Below, piece by piece: positions 28,884 through 38,697 of a DNA stretch of 53,140 nucleotides. The stretch's first letter is position 1. Every line of letters starts with the position of its first letter. Both the position numbers and the translations under genes were made by a program. Source of the DNA: a virus (lineage: Duplodnaviria; Caudoviricetes); IMG/VR virus record IMGVR_UViG_3300048575_000211, positions 1 to 53,140 of that record, one strand, 5' to 3'. The notes under the pieces were generated by a model that was given only the letters and a program-made list of their open reading frames with translations, made no database searches and was not told where the DNA came from.

Positions 28884-30080
28884 CTACAGCCGAGGGATCT
28901 CGAGAATCTGAGTACTCACGAGCTCTGTTGAGGTTAGATGGTTATGATCATAGATTCGTTTCCACTCGTCTGGCGTGCCATAGAAGCGCGCTGAGACCTT
29001 TTGGAGTGAGTCGCCGGCGATCGGGCGATATCGAGCAAGTGGTACTGTCTGGACAATCGACGCGAACCGAGTCCGCATTTCTGCAAGCAACGATGCGACA
29101 TCCACGAAACTCGACTGGACCGTTGAGATATACCCAAGGGCCTGATATTTCGCCGTCAGCGCACTTGAAGATCTCGAACCAGACCCGGATGCAGCGCCGG
29201 TTGACGCTCCAAATGAGTTTTCTATTGAGCCCAAGGCGGCGTTAAATGAGTAATTGATTTGACCAACCCGACGCTTCGCTCTCAATACTTCATTTTGAGC
29301 ATACTTGATCAGGCCGGCCGCGCGATTGACAGAATTCGCAACGCCTTCAACCGTCGAAAGAACGCTATCCACAAATCCAGTCACGGCCGCCACCGCCGTC
29401 GCAACAGATCCAATTGCATCGTTTAATACTTCGCCGATCGAGGCTGGAACTGATGACGGAACTTCAGACCGAAGCGCCTCAAGCGCCTGAGCTTTGCCTA
29501 TAAGCGACTTATTTACTTCGTAAGGAATCGCGTTTTGCTTCTCAAGAAGCTGGTAGTTCCTCGGAAGGTGAAAGCCAATGATCGAAAATGTGAGCTTATA
29601 CTTCAAGTCACTGAGGCGCTTCAGATCCCAATCGCTGTTTTGCAAAATGGCGTAGCGCTGCCACTCGCCCATATAAATCCTGAGGACATTACCGCGCCTT
29701 CTGATCTCGTCTAGTTGCTGCTGGAGTTCGGTCGCGACACCATAGTAATCCGTGTCACCGAGCGGATATTTCTTATCCTTGAACCGCCCGTTGATCGTGA
29801 TGTCGTTCTCTTTCGCGCCGAGAACGTGGACCGATGGCTCTTCATTGCCAGGGTAGTAGTCCTTGACGATCCTCTGCTCGCCGCCGAACGAAAATGGGAC
29901 CTCAGGCATCATGTTCCCGACGAGCGCAACCGTGTCTTTCGGACCTGTAAGCTCCTCGATCCTAAAGCCATCTGGGAAGTCATGCCCGCGAAGCGCATTA
30001 TCTGGCTTTCTCGAAAGCGGGTTCCGAATCGCATTCCCAGCGCTATTGAGTGCCTTTGCTCCAGAGTCAAGAAGTCCCAT
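28884..30080 (-). CDS. Tail tube initiator/LysM baseplate protein
   Basis: C-terminal GDSLQKVSARFYGTPDEWKRIYDHN..LEIP LysM. Confidence 0.82.
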   Translation of the reverse strand: MGLLDSGAKALNSAGNAIRNPLSRKPDNALRGHDFPDGFRIEELTGPKDTVALVGNMMPEVPFSFGGEQRIVKDYYPGNEEPSVHVLGAKENDITINGRFKDKKYPLGDTDYYGVATELQQQLDEIRRRGNVLRIYMGEWQRYAILQNSDWDLKRLSDLKYKLTFSIIGFHLPRNYQLLEKQNAIPYEVNKSLIGKAQALEALRSEVPSSVPASIGEVLNDAIGSVATAVAAVTGFVDSVLSTVEGVANSVNRAAGLIKYAQNEVLRAKRRVGQINYSFNAALGSIENSFGASTGAASGSGSRSSSALTAKYQALGYISTVQSSFVDVASLLAEMRTRFASIVQTVPLARYRPIAGDSLQKVSARFYGTPDEWKRIYDHNHLTSTELVSTQILEIPRL

Positions 30081-31952
30081 TTAGAACGCTCCAGCGTTGC
30101 TTGTTGAGAGCGAACGGCCCCTTGCCTGCGTGCGGTTATTCGCAGCTTTCAGGAACTGGCTCTTAAGTGAGAACGCAATGCGATCGGGCTCCATGTTTTC
30201 TTTAAACGAATTGTTGATGTGGACACCGCCATTTACGTTAACGTTCTGCTGAACGATGCCCTTTCCTTCACCGATCTTAGAGAAATACTTCTCAAGAATG
30301 TCATCGACACCCGCATTGAAGGCATCGCCGAGGCCGGCCGATGGAGCGATTGAGTCGAGCCCGAATTTCGACCGAACGTAGTTGATCATGTTCGTGATCC
30401 CTTGAGTGATCGCGAAGTAAAGCCCCTGGAATCCAGCTATCGTTTTAACAGTTGTATCGGCGAGAAGCGTAATAATATCGACGAGCGCTCCGACATAATA
30501 GCTGACCCTAAAGAGCGGGCTGATGAACTCGGCAACCCCATCGAACGCCACCATGAATGCATCCCATAGAAATCCAAACGCCGTCGTGAACTTGTTAAGT
30601 GCAAGACTTATCTCCGGCAACATGGCGGCCAGCGCTTTTGCATCTGCTATCTTTGCGATCGCCGCCGCACGTGAGAACAACTGGAGAGCGCCCCAAATAA
30701 TTCCAAGAGGAATCAGAATGTGCTGAAGAGCCAGGCCAATCGCAGTAAAAACGATCGGGAATCGAGCGCCGGCGGCGATCACTGCAAAGATGATCCCAAC
30801 CCATTTCAAAATGGCGCCGAGATACGGATTGGCCTCCATCATTCCGACAGTTATCGTGCCGAGAGCCGCCGACACGATACCAAGAATCGGATTCGCAAGC
30901 CTCGCGATTCCGGTAAGCTTCGATAAGATCCATCCAAGGAACTGCATTTCACCGGCGAATTTCATTATATGTCCGGCCTGCCTGAGATCCTCCGATGCCT
31001 TTTTGATTTGCATCAGATTCACTATGGCTTTGACTGGATTCTTGATTATGCCCTCAACGACACTCGATATCTGCTTGACGACCTGAGCGCCCTCTCTACG
31101 CAGGTAGTCGTTCACCTGATGAAAAATTGGTAACAGGTACTTCAAAAGCACATCTCCAAGCGGCCTCAAGATTGAGAACGGCCCTTTGATCGCCTCGCCA
31201 AGCCTACGCATTTCACCACTCAGGCTCATCGCATTCGCCTTCACAACATCGACGTTGCTCGAGAACTGAGCGAGTGCTTTCGTGAGCACTTGAAGGCGCT
31301 TCGCAGGCTCCAGAGCGTTGAATTTCTGCGAAGACCCGCCAAACGGCTTCATTGCAGCCGTCTCATTCGAGACGCGCTGAAATAGCGTATCATTCATGCT
31401 AGCGCGTCCCTGGACCATATCGAGAAGCTGACCAGAGGCCAGAGTCGGATCAATGCCAAGAGTCGGAGCAGACTTCAAGAACTGGCGTGAAAGATCGATC
31501 GACTTCGGCATAGCCGACGAGTCGAGTCCGTGCGCCATAAGCGTCGCACCGATGAGTTTCGTCATCTGGAGCATCTCGCCAGACGGAAGAGCGAACTCCT
31601 GCGCCTTTTTGTTGATCGTGTCCATGATCGATTCGCTCTCGGCCATCGCTTGCTTGAAGGTGAACGCATGGCCGACGTTCGACATGATGATGTTCGAGAA
31701 CGCTAGCTGTGACGTATAGAACTTATCAGAAGCCTGGACTGCGGCGGTCAGCATGCCGAGGATGCCCCCAGAGCCAAGACCCATGTTGGCAACGATCCCG
31801 GCAGACATGCGCTGAAACGAAAACAGGGCCTGGTCCGCCGCTCCAGAGAGCGATTCAACCTGGCCCTGAAGTGTTTTCGAGTTCGCAATCGCCGATCCGA
31901 CATCGAAACGAAACTCGGTCAGAACATGGAAAACGGTATCAGCACCGATCAT
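30081..31952 (-). CDS. Tape measure protein (~623 aa)
   Basis: Ala/Gly-rich helical protein with hydrophobic stretches; after the chaperone; MIGAD start overlaps the frameshift-ORF stop. Confidence 0.85.
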   Translation of the reverse strand: MIGADTVFHVLTEFRFDVGSAIANSKTLQGQVESLSGAADQALFSFQRMSAGIVANMGLGSGGILGMLTAAVQASDKFYTSQLAFSNIIMSNVGHAFTFKQAMAESESIMDTINKKAQEFALPSGEMLQMTKLIGATLMAHGLDSSAMPKSIDLSRQFLKSAPTLGIDPTLASGQLLDMVQGRASMNDTLFQRVSNETAAMKPFGGSSQKFNALEPAKRLQVLTKALAQFSSNVDVVKANAMSLSGEMRRLGEAIKGPFSILRPLGDVLLKYLLPIFHQVNDYLRREGAQVVKQISSVVEGIIKNPVKAIVNLMQIKKASEDLRQAGHIMKFAGEMQFLGWILSKLTGIARLANPILGIVSAALGTITVGMMEANPYLGAILKWVGIIFAVIAAGARFPIVFTAIGLALQHILIPLGIIWGALQLFSRAAAIAKIADAKALAAMLPEISLALNKFTTAFGFLWDAFMVAFDGVAEFISPLFRVSYYVGALVDIITLLADTTVKTIAGFQGLYFAITQGITNMINYVRSKFGLDSIAPSAGLGDAFNAGVDDILEKYFSKIGEGKGIVQQNVNVNGGVHINNSFKENMEPDRIAFSLKSQFLKAANNRTQARGRSLSTSNAGAF

Positions 31953-32445
31953 TCTCGACCACCCCCGCCACTGCCATTTTCTTGCTCGAGCAGCCACATA
32001 AGATGCTCGCAAAACTCTTTGAGCTGCCATGGAGTCATCGACATAACGTCGGACGGCCGCAATGACGAGTTATGCGAGATCCAGGCGATCAATCGCCAGA
32101 AATCACGTGCTCGATTTGAGGCAAAAAACCTTTGCCACCGCTCGCATCATCTTCACCCATGATCTGACGCATGACCTTCATGAGCTCCGTGTATTCTTTG
32201 TATTTGAATACTTCGTCGAGCTTCAGAAGCTCCGTTGCCGTCGGCTTTCGGCCATCGACTTGAACGATCAAGAGCCGCAAGAGCTCGGTCTGCATGAGCG
32301 TGCCCATGAGTAGCGCCGACTCCCCTGCCTTGCGCGCGACCGCTTCAGCCGCGAGTTCCTGATGCGCGATTTTCATGTCACGCAGAAGAACGACCTTTCC
32401 ACTCGAGAGCGTCACCTTGTGAACGAATTCCTTTTGCTTTTCCAC
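31949..32445 (-). CDS. Tail assembly chaperone, -1 frameshifted long form (gpGT-like)
   Basis: Slippery T-TTT-TTG at 32128-32122; -1 frame open to TGA at 31951-31949. Confidence 0.8.
32089..32445 (-). CDS. Tail assembly chaperone (gpG-like)
   Basis: Between tube and tape measure; RBS AAGGAGG, GTG start. Confidence 0.82.
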   Translation of the reverse strand: MEKQKEFVHKVTLSSGKVVLLRDMKIAHQELAAEAVARKAGESALLMGTLMQTELLRLLIVQVDGRKPTATELLKLDEVFKYKEYTELMKVMRQIMGEDDASGGKGFLPQIEHVISGD

Positions 32446-32460
32446 CGAGTCCTCCTTGTT

Positions 32461-32487
32461 AAAAACGCCGCCCGTTTGCAGGCGGCG
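32461..32487 (-). terminator. Intrinsic terminator after tail tube
   Basis: CGCCGCC-loop-GGCGGCG-TTTTT on the minus strand. Confidence 0.8.
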
Positions 32488-32499
32488 AAATAATTTCGA

Positions 32500-32919
32500 T
32501 TAAAGCGGCATGCGGCCGTCGAACTGACAATCAAGGCGCTTGGTGATTTTCTCACTCAATCCGCCTTGGCTGCGCGACATCTTGAACTGACCACCGAAGT
32601 ACACGTGTGACTTCGTCTGACCGTTCGGGTAGTTCTCGGTGAGAACTATCGTGATCTCTTCTACGCCAATTCCGTTCAGGTTCGCAGTAACGAGTGCATC
32701 GATAAAGTCGTCAACGCTCGCGTCCTTCACCTCGAGGTCCATGTTTCCAGTCCAGCCCTTATAGGCTGTATCACCCTCGCCGAACTGCGCGCCAACGTAC
32801 TCTGATCGAGAAAACTCAGCATCTTGATCGAGCGAAAACTTTGTAATATGGACGACTCCGGTTTGCTGTCCGCCCTTGAAAATCTTAATTGAACCCTGGT
32901 GCCCGCGAATAGATGACAT
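32500..32919 (-). CDS. Tail tube protein
   Basis: 139 aa beta-rich protein directly after the sheath. Confidence 0.8.
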   Translation of the reverse strand: MSSIRGHQGSIKIFKGGQQTGVVHITKFSLDQDAEFSRSEYVGAQFGEGDTAYKGWTGNMDLEVKDASVDDFIDALVTANLNGIGVEEITIVLTENYPNGQTKSHVYFGGQFKMSRSQGGLSEKITKRLDCQFDGRMPL

Positions 32920-32921
32920 GA

Positions 32922-34364
32922 TTACTCTCCTTCCGTGACGACGACGGACTCACCGATCTCCGCTTGAAGAACGATGAATCTGTTCGAGCTGAAAATCCGG
33001 CGCTTGTAGAGGATCTTGAAAAACCCGGCCGCGATCGAGTCGTCGGTATTAAGGCTTTCGGTGTCGATGATTTTCGCCTTACCGCTCTTCACCTCGGAGT
33101 CCTTCGGCATGATGCCTTCATTCTCCTGCGACTGATCGAATCGCAACATCGCGCCTTTAACTTCGGTGCGGTTTTGCTTCGTGTTCGGCGCGTTCTGATA
33201 GTTTTTCAGGAACTTACCGACCGATGCCGTCAGGTAGTCCGCCATCCGGCGACGGAAAACCATGACCTTTGAGCTATTCGCGATCTGAGTCACCACACCC
33301 GACTTGATCTTGAAACCGATGTCGGAATCGTACTCGAATGCCGAGACACCAGCTTCCATCAACTGGATATAGTCCGCACGGCTCAGTTGCAGCTCAATTC
33401 CGGTCACGCCGGCGAGATACTGAGTGTTAGCCGCGTAAGCCGGATCAATGTGCGGCGACGTTTGTGAGAGAATCGAGGTGTACCAAGACGCTGGGCTCGT
33501 TAGAACCTCGACTCCACCAACGACCGTTTTGAGCCACGGAAATGCGTAGATGATGCGGCCGTCGCCATCACGAAGGTTTGCAGCCGCAGTTTTCACCGCA
33601 GCTACGTCGTCACCGACAGGACCAGCGCAAATCACCATCTTGTCAGGAGCGGCAGCAGCATGCAGCTTCAAGTAGCCATTCCGAGTCTGGTTATACTCGT
33701 CGAGAAAAAGAACGTTCCCAGAATTCTCGACTTCCGCGAGCGCAATCGCATCTTCGTAGTCGGTATTCGCGATCGCGCCATCGGAGCCACCAGCAAGCGA
33801 GGTAAAGACGGCGTTTGAAGGCTCGGCGGCCGTCGAAAGAACCTCAACGGTCACAAGCTTCGATTTTGCAAACGTATCGGACGTGATGCCTGCAATCGCT
33901 ACGTTGTCATATGTCTCAGGCGACATAACAGAATCAAGATTCGCATCCTTGATGGTGTACTTCTTGCCGGACGTCGAACCATCCTCGATTTTTACCTGGA
34001 TGTTGTTGCCATAGGCACCGGCGCCTTGCTTTGCCGTAAACTTGATTCGATCCGTCGCTGTAGACGCGAACGCCTTTTCGGCGACGTCAGCATCTGCGGC
34101 AATCGCGCGGATCAAGCGGAGACGTCCAAATTTCTTATTTTTGAGCGCAAGATTCCCTTTGTAATTCGACTTTCCGTACTTCTCGTGAAGCTCACCGATA
34201 GACCCCACCTCGGTCACAGCCGATGGGCCGCGCTGAAACTGACCGACAAGGAGAGCGACGTTTGTCGAAACGCCCTTGATGTTAGGCGCTGGGGCCGACT
34301 CGTTGATGATGATTCCATCAACGTCGTCAAACTCAGTTGGATTCGTGGTTCTGTAGATACCCAT
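32922..34364 (-). CDS. Contractile tail sheath
   Basis: GVSTNVALLVGQFQRGP, GAYGNNIQV, LAGGSDG, RRRMADY. Confidence 0.92.
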   Translation of the reverse strand: MGIYRTTNPTEFDDVDGIIINESAPAPNIKGVSTNVALLVGQFQRGPSAVTEVGSIGELHEKYGKSNYKGNLALKNKKFGRLRLIRAIAADADVAEKAFASTATDRIKFTAKQGAGAYGNNIQVKIEDGSTSGKKYTIKDANLDSVMSPETYDNVAIAGITSDTFAKSKLVTVEVLSTAAEPSNAVFTSLAGGSDGAIANTDYEDAIALAEVENSGNVLFLDEYNQTRNGYLKLHAAAAPDKMVICAGPVGDDVAAVKTAAANLRDGDGRIIYAFPWLKTVVGGVEVLTSPASWYTSILSQTSPHIDPAYAANTQYLAGVTGIELQLSRADYIQLMEAGVSAFEYDSDIGFKIKSGVVTQIANSSKVMVFRRRMADYLTASVGKFLKNYQNAPNTKQNRTEVKGAMLRFDQSQENEGIMPKDSEVKSGKAKIIDTESLNTDDSIAAGFFKILYKRRIFSSNRFIVLQAEIGESVVVTEGE

Positions 34365-34379
34365 TAGCGTCTCCTCAAA

Positions 34380-34946
34380 TCAAAAATTTTCGTTCATATC
34401 AGCTGCCTCAACGAAGACATCAGTGCTTCCAATGACGTTCTCGACCGTTTCGTAGATCGCTAAACAATTCACAGCGACCGTAAAGATCGCGCGCCACTCG
34501 CGCCTCTGCGATGCGATCTCAGAGTCCTCGTAACCCGTCGCCGTCACGTCGTAACGTGCCCATACGCCGTGATAGCCCGACAATTGGAGCGAGAGACCCA
34601 TCACTGGAAACTGAGACGAGAACGTCGCAGTCAATGCCTGAAATAGCTTGTGTCGCTCCTCTTTCGATCTACACCAGAGATCGAGCTGCAACTTAAATTC
34701 ATGCTGTCCCGTGACCCACTTGACCTGCGCCTCTTGGCCCCCAGAGTCGTTTTCGACCGCAGCTCCTTGCGTGAAAATATACGGAGAGCACGGAGTCGTT
34801 GTCGGGTTTGAGCCCGTGATAGAAATCGACGGATATGAAAGCTTCTCGTTCGACTCCGGGAAATCTTCCGTCACGGCCGCGAGTTCCGAAATCTTCGATT
34901 TCAGGCACGTGCCGAGCGACTTGACGATCTCTTTCGTTACCATCTG
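34380..34946 (-). CDS. Tail terminator-like protein
   Basis: YPSISI, LQLDLWC; just upstream of the sheath; start approximate. Confidence 0.65.
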   Translation of the reverse strand, partial: QMVTKEIVKSLGTCLKSKISELAAVTEDFPESNEKLSYPSISITGSNPTTTPCSPYIFTQGAAVENDSGGQEAQVKWVTGQHEFKLQLDLWCRSKEERHKLFQALTATFSSQFPVMGLSLQLSGYHGVWARYDVTATGYEDSEIASQRREWRAIFTVAVNCLAIYETVENVIGSTDVFVEAADMNENF

Positions 34947-34950
34947 CTGA

Positions 34951-35415
34951 TTAAGCACGCGACATATACTCCGCTTTGATGTTTTCAATGATCGCTGGAA
35001 TCATGTTTTCCATTACACGACGAGGCTTCATGCCGATCGCGGCAATCTTCTTTTGTACCCCGTAAGCAAGATTCCGAACCTGTGGCGAATAATCCGGCGG
35101 CTGAGACGGATCTTGAAGCACGCGCTTCGCCCACTCGAGCAGAGGTTTGATCGGAGGAGTAAACGGACGAGCCCCGTACTCGATGATTGGCGCATAGGGA
35201 GCGGTGTTGCCGAGGACCGCGCCAAATTCTGTTTTTGTGAAACCCCAGCTCTGCGCATAGAGTCCGGTGTCAACAGGCGAAGCCCTCACGAGATCAGGAA
35301 TGGAGCGAGCGATACCGTTGAGAGTCGACTCTTTCAAGACCTCGATGTGACCCTCCGAGTACGCACCGAGTTCGCGTGCGAGGTCTCGCATGTTGACGAC
35401 TTTGGTTGGCATCAA
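34951..35415 (-). CDS. HK97 gp10-like neck/tail completion protein
   Basis: SPVDTG...NTAPYAPIIEYG. Confidence 0.85.
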   Translation of the reverse strand: MMPTKVVNMRDLARELGAYSEGHIEVLKESTLNGIARSIPDLVRASPVDTGLYAQSWGFTKTEFGAVLGNTAPYAPIIEYGARPFTPPIKPLLEWAKRVLQDPSQPPDYSPQVRNLAYGVQKKIAAIGMKPRRVMENMIPAIIENIKAEYMSRA

Positions 35416-35837
35416 TACCTCGATTGATCAGACAAGCGCCGGAGTTGAACGTTCCAAGTGAGATGGGACTCGGTGACTGAAATAACCTGATAAAGCACGC
35501 TGCCGATTTCCCAGAACTTCTCGACCGATCGACTCTCAGACCTACAAGCCGCCTCATCCTCTGTCGGAAGCGTTACCTTCGACACGTGCTTGAGAATGAT
35601 GTCGCCCTGCTGGACGGCTCCGCCTGGAGCGATCTTAAGGCTCTGCGAGAGGTCGACGATTCGAGGTGTCGGAAGAATCTGCATCTTTGTTTCCGATGCT
35701 GTCCCATCCCCAGGCGCTTCGCCAGTCCACGTGCGCGTGACAATCGATACCTCTTTGAGGCCGGCGCCGATCGAGTCGCGCACACCGAGAATCGAATTCA
35801 GGCCCGGAAGGAGCGACGATATCGTACTCACACCCAC
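35412..35837 (-). CDS. Head closure (stopper)-like protein
   Basis: Position and beta-rich pattern (GGAVQQGD). Confidence 0.6.
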   Translation of the reverse strand: MGVSTISSLLPGLNSILGVRDSIGAGLKEVSIVTRTWTGEAPGDGTASETKMQILPTPRIVDLSQSLKIAPGGAVQQGDIILKHVSKVTLPTEDEAACRSESRSVEKFWEIGSVLYQVISVTESHLTWNVQLRRLSDQSRY

Positions 35838-36184
35838 ACCCCTATCATTGAATCATTCGCTGAAACCACCGAGAGATCAAGAAGCTCGGCCATCTCGCGG
35901 ACAACGCGCTTCCTCTCTTTACGAAGGATCTGCATTTCTTCTGGGTTCAAGGTAATGTCACCGACCTGCTTCGTGCTCGCGCGATCGAGCGCACCGTCGA
36001 GACGAGAATCAAGCTTTTCAATTCTCGTCAGCAATGCCCGCGCCTCATCTTCAATCGCGTTATTGAGATTATTAAGTCGACTGTTGACGATATTGCTATA
36101 AGCAGTGTTCGTGGGAATCAGAACGGCGCCTGGATAACCGAGGACGCGAACGATGTTGTGTTTTTCTGCGTCCGTGAACATCAA
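35828..36184 (-). CDS. Head-tail adaptor-like protein
   Basis: FTDAEKHNIVRVLGYP...KQVGDITL; position. Confidence 0.65.
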   Translation of the reverse strand: MMFTDAEKHNIVRVLGYPGAVLIPTNTAYSNIVNSRLNNLNNAIEDEARALLTRIEKLDSRLDGALDRASTKQVGDITLNPEEMQILRKERKRVVREMAELLDLSVVSANDSMIGVWV

Positions 36185-36328
36185 TCACTCCTTCGGTCTT
36201 TTCTTTTCACTCTTCACTTTGTCGTCCGCTCGGTCTCGCTGTTCGCCGGCCTTTTTCATGGCCTCTTCGAGTTCCTTCTTTCGACTCTTGTCCTGCTGGG
36301 CTCTTTTGCGCGATAGAAGCATGCTCAT
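36185..36328 (-). CDS. Small basic head-region protein (47 aa)
   Basis: RBS TAAGGAG; MSMLLSRKR start. Confidence 0.6.
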   Translation of the reverse strand: MSMLLSRKRAQQDKSRKKELEEAMKKAGEQRDRADDKVKSEKKRPKE

Positions 36329-36344
36329 TTGAAACTCCTTAGGG

Positions 36345-36485
36345 TTTGGGGGGAGGACCGCCCGGACATCCGAGCGGCCCCCAAGCACGCCATACGACCT
36401 TGGGCCGCGGCAAACTATCGACGAGGAAGGACGCCGGTATGGCTTGTCCGCATGCACTTTGGCAGCGCGTGCCCCTCCCCCCAAA
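36345..36485 (-). ncRNA. Candidate structured RNA element in the late operon
   Basis: Closed by a perfect 12-bp stem TTTGGGGGGAGG/CCTCCCCCCAAA with several internal stems. Confidence 0.5.
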
Positions 36486-36491
36486 TTTTTG

Positions 36492-36899
36492 TTACGCTGT
36501 TTCCATCCAGTACCCAGAGACGACCAGGACCGCGCTCGTGAGAGCGACGTTCGTGCCGGCATCTGTCTCATCGTAATCAACTGTCAGTGTCGATCCGGCA
36601 GGGACCTCCGCATTTGCATCGACCATAGTCATGGCCTTCGCAGTCTTTGAAACAAGAGCTCCGTTTCCGGCGGCGCGCGTGTCGAGCGACGCAACCGTAC
36701 TTGCTCCAGCTTTCAGATTCAGCAGCACATAGTTTGCATTGTCGGCCGCAATCGCAGCACCGTTGATGATGTGAACAGCCAAGACTTTGAACTTGCGATG
36801 CAGATAAGAAAAACCACCGGCTATACCAGTTGCGTCAGCAGAGGGGCTCGCTAGCGGAATATTTAGCACGGTCAAAACATGTGAAGGAGTCATAATCAC
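36492..36899 (-). CDS. Head decoration-like protein
   Basis: Ala-rich beta protein right after the major capsid gene. Confidence 0.6.
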   Translation of the reverse strand: MIMTPSHVLTVLNIPLASPSADATGIAGGFSYLHRKFKVLAVHIINGAAIAADNANYVLLNLKAGASTVASLDTRAAGNGALVSKTAKAMTMVDANAEVPAGSTLTVDYDETDAGTNVALTSAVLVVSGYWMETA

Positions 36900-36914
36900 C
36901 TCAAGATTGAATGT

Positions 36915-36958
36915 TTAAAAAGCCCCGGCCCCTTGGTAGGGGCGCGGGATTGGCTTTC
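36915..36958 (-). terminator. Hairpin/terminator after major capsid gene
   Basis: GC-rich stem (GCCCCT/AGGGGC) followed by a T-run on the minus strand. Confidence 0.6.
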
Positions 36959-36970
36959 ACGCCGGCGCGA

Positions 36971-37879
36971 TTACGCAGCAGCGAAGTTAGTCGTGAACGT
37001 CATGCGCGCAATGCGCTTGTCGTCGGCCGACACTTTCTTATGGAGAGCCTTCACAGCGCACCACTGCGTGCAAGCAAAGACGATCTCGCGAGCGAGAATG
37101 TCTTTGTCCATCTCCATGTCGTAGTCCTGCTTCAAGAGGAAGCCGAAGGCTTTATCTTTGAATGCGAACGTATGGTACGCCGTCTTGCCGTCGATGGCAG
37201 CGACCGAAGGACACGAATCATCAATGAAGAGCGGCTTACCGAGGATGCGACCCATGAATCCAGGAACGTTGAACCACGGGTCGTTCGCGTCAGCTTTCAT
37301 GAATCCGCTGTTCGTCGCAGTGGCTAGGTTCAGATACACATGCGAGTGCATGATGTAACCAGCGACCTCGTTCGACTTATCACCGAACGCAACGATGTTG
37401 GACTCAAGCATTCGCTCAACGGTGCAGGTATGAGCCGCATCGGTCGCCACGAATCCAGCCTCATAGTTTCCATCCGTGTTGACCTCGGTGATGATGTCAG
37501 CCTCGATCTGCTCCGCGACGACGCGAGCCATCTGCATTTGCACTTCCTGCGAAATGCGCTCTTGGCTTGCAGCCGATTCAAAGAACGCAGCTTTGCGAGC
37601 CGACACCGCTTTCGCAATCTCGTACACGGTTGCCGAGTAGCTGTCGTCTTCGAGCTTATCGACCAACAGCGACTCTTTTGCCGTGGGCTTCTGGGCTCCA
37701 CCGATGTTTTTGAAGTACGGAAATTCGATTGTTGTTCCGGGCTTCGCTGTGAGGTTCATCTCTTCGGGCTTCCATGCGAAGCGCGAAAATCCGAGCTTCT
37801 TAGGAAAATATGCGGAAACATGGTCGCCCCACACCTTACCTCTGAATTTAAAATCTTCCGGCATCGTCGGACCAGACAT
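36971..37879 (-). CDS. Major capsid protein (HK97 fold, N4-gp56-like)
   Basis: PGTTIEFPYFKNIG, YIMHS, GRILGKPLFIDD, EMDKDILAR. Confidence 0.88.
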   Translation of the reverse strand: MSGPTMPEDFKFRGKVWGDHVSAYFPKKLGFSRFAWKPEEMNLTAKPGTTIEFPYFKNIGGAQKPTAKESLLVDKLEDDSYSATVYEIAKAVSARKAAFFESAASQERISQEVQMQMARVVAEQIEADIITEVNTDGNYEAGFVATDAAHTCTVERMLESNIVAFGDKSNEVAGYIMHSHVYLNLATATNSGFMKADANDPWFNVPGFMGRILGKPLFIDDSCPSVAAIDGKTAYHTFAFKDKAFGFLLKQDYDMEMDKDILAREIVFACTQWCAVKALHKKVSADDKRIARMTFTTNFAAA

Positions 37880-37920
37880 AAGAACTCCTTAGCGCATCAG
37901 TGCGCTCAAAAAATCAGTTG

Positions 37921-38652
37921 TTACTTGTAGGCTTCTTTACGGAGTCGCTCGTAGAGCTGCGGGTTCTTTTCGAGGAGAAGCGTTTGTTCAAGGGTCGACA
38001 TCTTCTTGAATTGCTCGACCGTGACTTCACCACCACCGCCTGCCGGAGGCGGGTTTCCTCCACCGTTTCCGCTTCCGCCACCGACGCCGGTGGACGCCTT
38101 CTTGACGCCTCCAAGCGCTTTGACTTCTCCGACAATCTTCGAGACCTGCTCCTCAGTGAGATCCTCACCGTCTTTAAGAGCGCCGACCTGCTCAGACATC
38201 AGAAAGCGGAAGTAACCGTAGTGCTCTTTCGGGATTCCGTGTTCGATCGCACTTTCGGCGATCGCGCTATTGAGAGCGAGAGAGGCATTCGTGCCTTTCA
38301 ACGCTTCGACCTCTTGAGCAGGATCGACATCCTCGTCATCTTGGATGCCAAGCGCGCTCTTAAGGCCCTTTTTCAAAGATGCGATATCGCTCTCGAGCTT
38401 CGAGACCTTTCCTTCGGACTCTTTTGCTTTCGTGCGATGCTTCGCATTCTCTCCACGGAGCTTCTGAAGATATTTCTTCGTCTTCTCCGACAACTCAGAC
38501 TCTTCAACATCAAGCTGATCGTAGTTGTTGTTGTTCTCTCCGCCAGCGTCGTCCTGCACGCCTTTGGCTTTATTCGGGTCCGTCTCATCACCAGGATTTC
38601 CGGAACCGTTTTTGTTTTTATCTTCTTTGCTTTTGTCGTCTGCACCAGGCAC
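37921..38652 (-). CDS. Capsid scaffolding protein
   Basis: Acidic N-terminus, LRGENAKHR coiled coil, C-terminal FKKMSTLEQ..NPQLY. Confidence 0.85.
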   Translation of the reverse strand: MPGADDKSKEDKNKNGSGNPGDETDPNKAKGVQDDAGGENNNNYDQLDVEESELSEKTKKYLQKLRGENAKHRTKAKESEGKVSKLESDIASLKKGLKSALGIQDDEDVDPAQEVEALKGTNASLALNSAIAESAIEHGIPKEHYGYFRFLMSEQVGALKDGEDLTEEQVSKIVGEVKALGGVKKASTGVGGGSGNGGGNPPPAGGGGEVTVEQFKKMSTLEQTLLLEKNPQLYERLRKEAYK

Positions 38653-38697
38653 GGCGAATCTCCTTTGTTTAAGGAGTCATCGACCACGTGTCAGAAA

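Noticed and set aside
31953-32030. N-terminal extension of tape measure in the ORF track
   Set aside because: Better explained by the -1 frame of the chaperone; ATG at 31952 overlaps its stop.
24408-34364. Tailocin or extracellular contractile injection system
   Set aside because: Capsid, portal, terminase, integrase and att sites are all present, so this is a phage tail.
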